From NCBI GenBank assembly GCA_040767805.1, contig JAXGNU010000001.1, forward strand, positions 32,001-96,000: 64,000 nucleotides of DNA, given 5' to 3'. This document shows positions 59,636 to 64,000 of this stretch, one piece after another. The position numbers and the translations under genes are program-made. Under the pieces are notes generated by a model. It worked only from the letters and a program-made list of their open reading frames with translations, was not told the origin of the DNA and made no database searches. Positions within the stretch are counted from its first letter, which is position 1. Every line of letters starts with the position of its first letter. The DNA comes from Thermovirgaceae bacterium. Lineage in GTDB: Bacteria; Synergistota; Synergistia; Synergistales; Thermovirgaceae.

Positions 59636-60778
59636 TTAACCCAGTAAAACCCTTTCTCTCGCCCAGGACACGAGTTCAAGGGCATCCATCCAGGAACGGG
59701 GTCTCCCCCTGGGACAGGAGGATAACACTCTCTCTATCGTCGGGGCGATGTCCGTAAAAGAGATCCGCCCCTCCATGAACAGGTTCACGGCCCCTTCGTC
59801 GGCCCCGATGAGGAGCGGGGGGTAGGCACCGCCGAGGCGGCAGGCTTCCTTGGCCAGGGTGAGACAGGGGAATCTCTCTTCGTCGGGTTCCATGAACACC
59901 AGGTCCACGCCGGGAAATCCCGGTGGTGACAGGTCCGGGTCCGGGTTAACCAAGCGCCTTCCCATCCCAAAGGCGGACATTATCGCCAGCTTCATATCCG
60001 GCTTTGAGTAGAGCATCTTGATCGATCCATCGGTGAATTCGACCATGCCGTGGATGAGGGCCTGGGGGTGGATCACGGCTTCTATCTTCCCGATGGGCAA
60101 CCCGAAAAGGTGATGGGCCTCGATCATCTCGATGCCCTTGTTCATCAGGGTTGCGCTGTCGACAGAGATCTTTTTCCCCATGGGCCAGACAGGGTGACGG
60201 CTGGCCCTTTCAAAGGTGACCTCCCGCAGCTCCTCCAACGGACTATGGAGGAAAGGCCCACCGGACGCGGTGAGAAAGACCCTTTCCACGGAGGAATCCG
60301 CCTCGCCCCTGAGGCACTGCCAAATAGCGTTATGTTCGCTGTCCAGGGGTATGATATTCCCTTGGGCCATCGGCATGACCCATTCACCAGCCGCGACGAG
60401 GATCTCCTTGTTGGCGAGGAAGACCTTTTTCCCCTTTTGGAGCGCCCCAATAAGGGCGGAAAGGGCGCCTGTCCCGGAAGAGGCGAAGACCACTTCTTCG
60501 TTGAGGGGGTCTTCGACCAATGAGAGGAGAGCTTCCTCCCCGCCTCGGCAGGCGAACTCCGATCCCGCTATCCTGCAGAGCCTTTCCGAGGAGTCCTGGT
60601 CGGCCAGGACCAAAAGCTCGCTCTTGAATCGTCTTCCCAGCCCCAACAAACCCTCGGCGTTCTTCTCCGCGGCGAGGGCCCTGACCCGGAAAAGGTCGGG
60701 GAACAAAGAACAAACCTCAAGGACTGATCGTCCCACGCTCCCCGTGGCCCCGATGACGGCGATGTTCCTGGTCTTCAT
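59636..60778 (-). CDS. dxr: 1-deoxy-D-xylulose-5-phosphate reductoisomerase
   Basis: GATGSVG, LANKE, PLDSEH, TASGGPF, HPVW.MGKKISVDSATLMNKG. Confidence 0.98.
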   Translation of the reverse strand: MKTRNIAVIGATGSVGRSVLEVCSLFPDLFRVRALAAEKNAEGLLGLGRRFKSELLVLADQDSSERLCRIAGSEFACRGGEEALLSLVEDPLNEEVVFASSGTGALSALIGALQKGKKVFLANKEILVAAGEWVMPMAQGNIIPLDSEHNAIWQCLRGEADSSVERVFLTASGGPFLHSPLEELREVTFERASRHPVWPMGKKISVDSATLMNKGIEMIEAHHLFGLPIGKIEAVIHPQALIHGMVEFTDGSIKMLYSKPDMKLAIMSAFGMGRRLVNPDPDLSPPGFPGVDLVFMEPDEERFPCLTLAKEACRLGGAYPPLLIGADEGAVNLFMEGRISFTDIAPTIERVLSSCPRGRPRSWMDALELVSWARERVLLG

Positions 60779-60780
60779 GG

Positions 60781-61602
60781 TTACCAAAGCACCCCGAAGA
60801 CAAAAAACACCAGGACCGAGTTGATAAGGATGCTGTCGAACCTGTCCAGCATCCCTCCATGACCGGGGATCAGGTCACCCGTGTCCTTGATGCCCGCTTC
60901 CCGTTTAAGCAGCGACTCGGCAAGATCGCCGACCTGGCCGAAGGTGCCGCAAAAAAGGGCGATGAGGATGATCGAAAAAGGCGCCATGCCCCAATAATAG
61001 GCCAGGCATCCTCCGCAAAGAAGGCTGCCGGTCAGGCCGCCGAGGAATCCCTCGACGGTCTTTTTCGGGCTGACCGAGGGACAGAGGGGCGTCTCCCCCC
61101 ACCTGGAACCCACGAGGTAGGAGAAGACATCGCACGACCAGGTGCACGCGAAGAGGGCCACCAGTAAGTATGTGCCCCACATATGGTCCCGGAGGACCAC
61201 CATGAAGGACCAGGGGAGGACGATGTATAGTATGCCGGCGGCGGTCCCCCCCGAACTGGTGATCCCGTGGCTTTCGCCGAGAATATGTTTTCTCGCCAAC
61301 TCCACAAAGAGAACAAGCATGGGGGCCGCCGCCAGGAGGGGCAACAATACCGCTGGGTCTTCGGAATACACGGCGGCGAAAAGGGAGGAGATCCCGGCGC
61401 CGAAACCTACTACCCTGGAAACGTGCCCTCTCCGGCTGATCATCCTGTAATACTCTCCCAGGGAGGCCATGCATATGAGCAAGCAAAGGGCGAACCAGTA
61501 GGGGTTGCCGAGGTAGATCCCTCCAAGGATCGCCAGGCCCAGCGCTAAACCGCTGGCAGAACGCACGATCGTTTCCCTTTGGAAAAGGCTACCCCGCTCC
61601 AT
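60781..61602 (-). CDS. cdsA: Phosphatidate cytidylyltransferase
   Basis: Polytopic membrane protein; SPKKTVEG, GDLAESLLKR..GIKD....PGHGGMLDRFDS. Confidence 0.96.
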   Translation of the reverse strand: MERGSLFQRETIVRSASGLALGLAILGGIYLGNPYWFALCLLICMASLGEYYRMISRRGHVSRVVGFGAGISSLFAAVYSEDPAVLLPLLAAAPMLVLFVELARKHILGESHGITSSGGTAAGILYIVLPWSFMVVLRDHMWGTYLLVALFACTWSCDVFSYLVGSRWGETPLCPSVSPKKTVEGFLGGLTGSLLCGGCLAYYWGMAPFSIILIALFCGTFGQVGDLAESLLKREAGIKDTGDLIPGHGGMLDRFDSILINSVLVFFVFGVLW

Positions 61603-62293
61603 ATCTCCGCTCCTTGAGGGAATAATATTCCAGTGCTTTTTCGAAATCTTCCTCACCGAAATCAGGCCAAAGGGTGTCGGTGAAGAAGAATTCCGCGTAG
61701 GCCGATTCCCATAGCAGGAAGTTGCTTATCCTCACCTCTCCGCTTGTCCTGATCACCAGGTCCGGGTCAGGTATACCGGGGCGGTAGAGGTTGGCCGAGA
61801 TCAGTTCCTCGGTGACTTCCCCGGCGAAGCCCTTTCGCAGAAGCCTGTTGACCCCGTCGACGATCTCCTGCCTGCCTCCGTAATTCAGGCACACTACAAC
61901 CGTAAGAAGGTCTCCGCGGGCCGTAGCTTTCTCGAAAAGGGCGATCTCATCCCGAAGGTCCTCGTCGAGTTGGTCGATCCTGCCCGAGAAGACCATCTTG
62001 ACCCCGTTTTCGGCCAGTTCATCTCTCTTGGACTTCAGGTAGGTCCTAAGAAGCGAAAGGAGGCCCTCGACCTCAACCCGGGGCCGTTTCCAGTTTTCCG
62101 TGGAAAAGGCGAAAAGAGACAGGTAATCCAGGCCCGGCGTGGAAGCGGCCGCGCGTATGACCCTTTCCACGGCCTTGGCCCCCTCGCGGTGACCGGCAAG
62201 CCGCGGGAGACCTCTCTTGAGGGCCCAGCGGCCGTTGCCATCCATTATGATCGCCACGTGGGAAGGTGTTTTGGTCTCTCTTTCTATCGGCAT
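61589..62293 (-). CDS. uppS: Undecaprenyl diphosphate synthase (cis-prenyltransferase)
   Basis: HVAIIMDGNGRWA, FSTENWKRP, NYGGR, IRTSGE.RISNFLLW. Confidence 0.98.
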   Translation of the reverse strand: MPIERETKTPSHVAIIMDGNGRWALKRGLPRLAGHREGAKAVERVIRAAASTPGLDYLSLFAFSTENWKRPRVEVEGLLSLLRTYLKSKRDELAENGVKMVFSGRIDQLDEDLRDEIALFEKATARGDLLTVVVCLNYGGRQEIVDGVNRLLRKGFAGEVTEELISANLYRPGIPDPDLVIRTSGEVRISNFLLWESAYAEFFFTDTLWPDFGEEDFEKALEYYSLKERRYGAG

Positions 62294-62889
62294 TGCAGCC
62301 AACGATCCCTTACCTCCTGGATATCCATCCACGTCAGGTCCTTGGGGCTACCCTTCTTCTTCGACTGGTTTCTCAGAAGAAAACTAGGGTGGAACATGGG
62401 CATGACCTTTATGCCCTTCCAGTCGAACCATTTTCCCCGCACCCTGGAAATGCTTTCGCCCGTTTTAAGGATCCACTTGGTCGAGGTCATCCCGAGGCAG
62501 ACAAGGATAGACGGGTTAATCAGGGCTATCTGGGCTTTCAGGAAATCCTCGCATGCTAGCATCTCCTCTATGGAAGGGACCCGGTTTCCCGGAGGTCTGC
62601 ACTTCACCACGTTCGTTATGAAGATATCCTTCCTGTCGATTCCGGCAGCCTCGAGGATCCTGGTCAAAAGCTGACCGGCCTTTCCCACAAAGGGGATACC
62701 TTGCTGGTCCTCTTCGAGCCCGGGGGCCTCACCGACGAAAAGCAGCCGGGCGGACCTGTCGCCTTCACCAAAGACGACATTCCGCCTCTCCGAAGCCAGG
62801 GGGCACTTCTTACACTGCTTCACGGCACGGGTCAGTGTCTCCCAGGCTTCGGCCCTGTGATCGAGGGAAATTCCCTTCCCCGGCATCAT
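62284..62889 (-). CDS. Family-4 (Fe-S) uracil-DNA glycosylase
   Basis: CKKCPL, GEAPG..ED..G.PFVG, NVVKCRPP.NR, FHPS. Confidence 0.95.
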   Translation of the reverse strand: MMPGKGISLDHRAEAWETLTRAVKQCKKCPLASERRNVVFGEGDRSARLLFVGEAPGLEEDQQGIPFVGKAGQLLTRILEAAGIDRKDIFITNVVKCRPPGNRVPSIEEMLACEDFLKAQIALINPSILVCLGMTSTKWILKTGESISRVRGKWFDWKGIKVMPMFHPSFLLRNQSKKKGSPKDLTWMDIQEVRDRWLQCR

Positions 62890-63731
62890 TAGGTATCCAC
62901 CCCAACGAAGGAGATGTCCACCCGGTGCACGTCCAGCCCCGTGATCCCCGAAATCGCCCGGGAAGTCCTGTCTCGTAGGCTCTCTCCCAAAAGTACCATC
63001 GACCTTTGACCGGGTTTAAACCCGAGCTCTATAAGGATAGAAACGCCCCCATTTGCGGGCCGGGTCTGAACCGACGCCACCGTGGATACCTGGGCCGTCC
63101 TTTCGGCGATAAAACGGGCCATCTGGTTGATTGCCTCCGGGTCGATGCTGACCTTGCCGAAGAACTTGAAGGGTGGCCGCACGATGGTCTTCTCACCCTC
63201 CATGCCGTCGGAATTGTCGAAAAGGACCTTCAGTCTTCCCACCAGTTTCCCGGCGAAATGTTTCCTGACCTGTATGTGGGATACGGGAATGACATGCCGT
63301 CCCTTGAAGGACCTCTCCTTTTTCGCCCGGGAAATCTCCTGGGGGGAGGAGACATCCTCGATCCGGGTGATCTTTTCAGGGGACGGGAGGCCGAGGTTGT
63401 CCAGTATGCGGGACGCCATCCCTGACGAGGTGGCGATGAGCATCACTGAACAAGGCTGGCAGTCGCGAAGGTAATCCACCACGGACCTCCTGTGATCGGC
63501 GTACTGGAAAAGGGCCCTCCTTATGGCACGGACCTGGTTCTTTTCGGTCTTGGCGCTTTTCCCCCGGACGATCTGACCCCTCCTGATCAGGAGACCGTCG
63601 TCGATGATGAAATCCACACCGAATTCCTGGGCTACCAGCTGTGCCCTTTGGCTTTTCCCAGTCCCGGCGGGGCCCACAAAGGCGAAGACCCTGACTTTAT
63701 CGAGAAGGATTTTTCCGGTCTCCTCAACCAA
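62889..63731 (-). CDS. Uncharacterised P-loop protein with Asp23/Gls24-like C-terminal region
   Basis: GPAGTGKS, IIDDGLLI, EKTIVRP.F; C-terminal ITGLDVHRVDI. TTG start inferred at 63731. Confidence 0.75.
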   Translation of the reverse strand: MVEETGKILLDKVRVFAFVGPAGTGKSQRAQLVAQEFGVDFIIDDGLLIRRGQIVRGKSAKTEKNQVRAIRRALFQYADHRRSVVDYLRDCQPCSVMLIATSSGMASRILDNLGLPSPEKITRIEDVSSPQEISRAKKERSFKGRHVIPVSHIQVRKHFAGKLVGRLKVLFDNSDGMEGEKTIVRPPFKFFGKVSIDPEAINQMARFIAERTAQVSTVASVQTRPANGGVSILIELGFKPGQRSMVLLGESLRDRTSRAISGITGLDVHRVDISFVGVDT

Positions 63732-64000
63732 GTTTCGCCAACACCTTTTTAAGTGATGAAAGAAAGAGATCATTCTCTTCGGGCAACCCCACGGTAACCC
63801 TCAGGAACCCGCCCAGACCCAGGTCGCTGGCTTTCCTTACGATCACTCCTTCACGCAGGAGGCCTTCGTAGACCTCGTCGCTCTTCTTGTGCCTGACCAG
63901 GAGGAAGTTCGTCCGGGTCTGCTCCGAGTGGACCCCTATCTCGGACAAGCCCTTGGTGACCCTGTTCTTCTCGGAGATGGTCTTCAACCGGATGTCGTTT
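63724..64000 (-). CDS. hisC: Histidinol-phosphate aminotransferase-like protein, C-terminal part (truncated by window)
   Basis: TNFLLV...L...GVIVR....FLRVTVG..EEN, typical of the HisC C-terminus. Confidence 0.75.
   Translation of the reverse strand, partial: NDIRLKTISEKNRVTKGLSEIGVHSEQTRTNFLLVRHKKSDEVYEGLLREGVIVRKASDLGLGGFLRVTVGLPEENDLFLSSLKKVLAKLG

Overview
A GC-rich, gene-dense bacterial chromosome segment made almost entirely of core genes. Gene content and order point to an anaerobic amino-acid fermenter, most likely Synergistota; this is inference, based on the Prp-processed L27, the Firmicutes-like synteny and the His/Arg catabolic genes. Bases 1-20488 carry 19 plus-strand genes: murC-murB-ftsQ-ftsA-ftsZ, a radical SAM gene, a SPOR gene, a Moco/Wco cluster, rapZ-yvcK-whiA, a debranching-enzyme homologue and gap-pgk-tpiA. 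From 20598 onward nearly all genes are on the minus strand: rplU-prp-rpmA-obg-nadD-LCP-rsfS, xseB-ispA-dxs-tlyA-nadK-recN, hut/ftcD-mltG-tldD-ftsK, the AmmeMemoRadiSam trio, ruvCAB-spoIID-queA, nadE, pdaD-speE-speB, arcA-OTC and uppS-cdsA-dxr-rseP-ispG. A 28-bp dif-like XerCD site sits exactly at the orientation switch (20491-20518), so the window probably spans the replication terminus. The most novel candidates lie in the arginine/nickel region. One is an unlisted HypA-like zinc-ribbon microprotein whose Cys-containing tail runs into three in-frame UGA codons followed by a SECIS-like hairpin (possible selenoprotein). The others are a terminator/antiterminator switch between speB and arcA, and an AUG-UAA start-stop element overlapping the pdaD start. 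No rRNA, tRNA, CRISPR array or mobile element was seen. All calls are from reading motifs by eye; no database searches were run.
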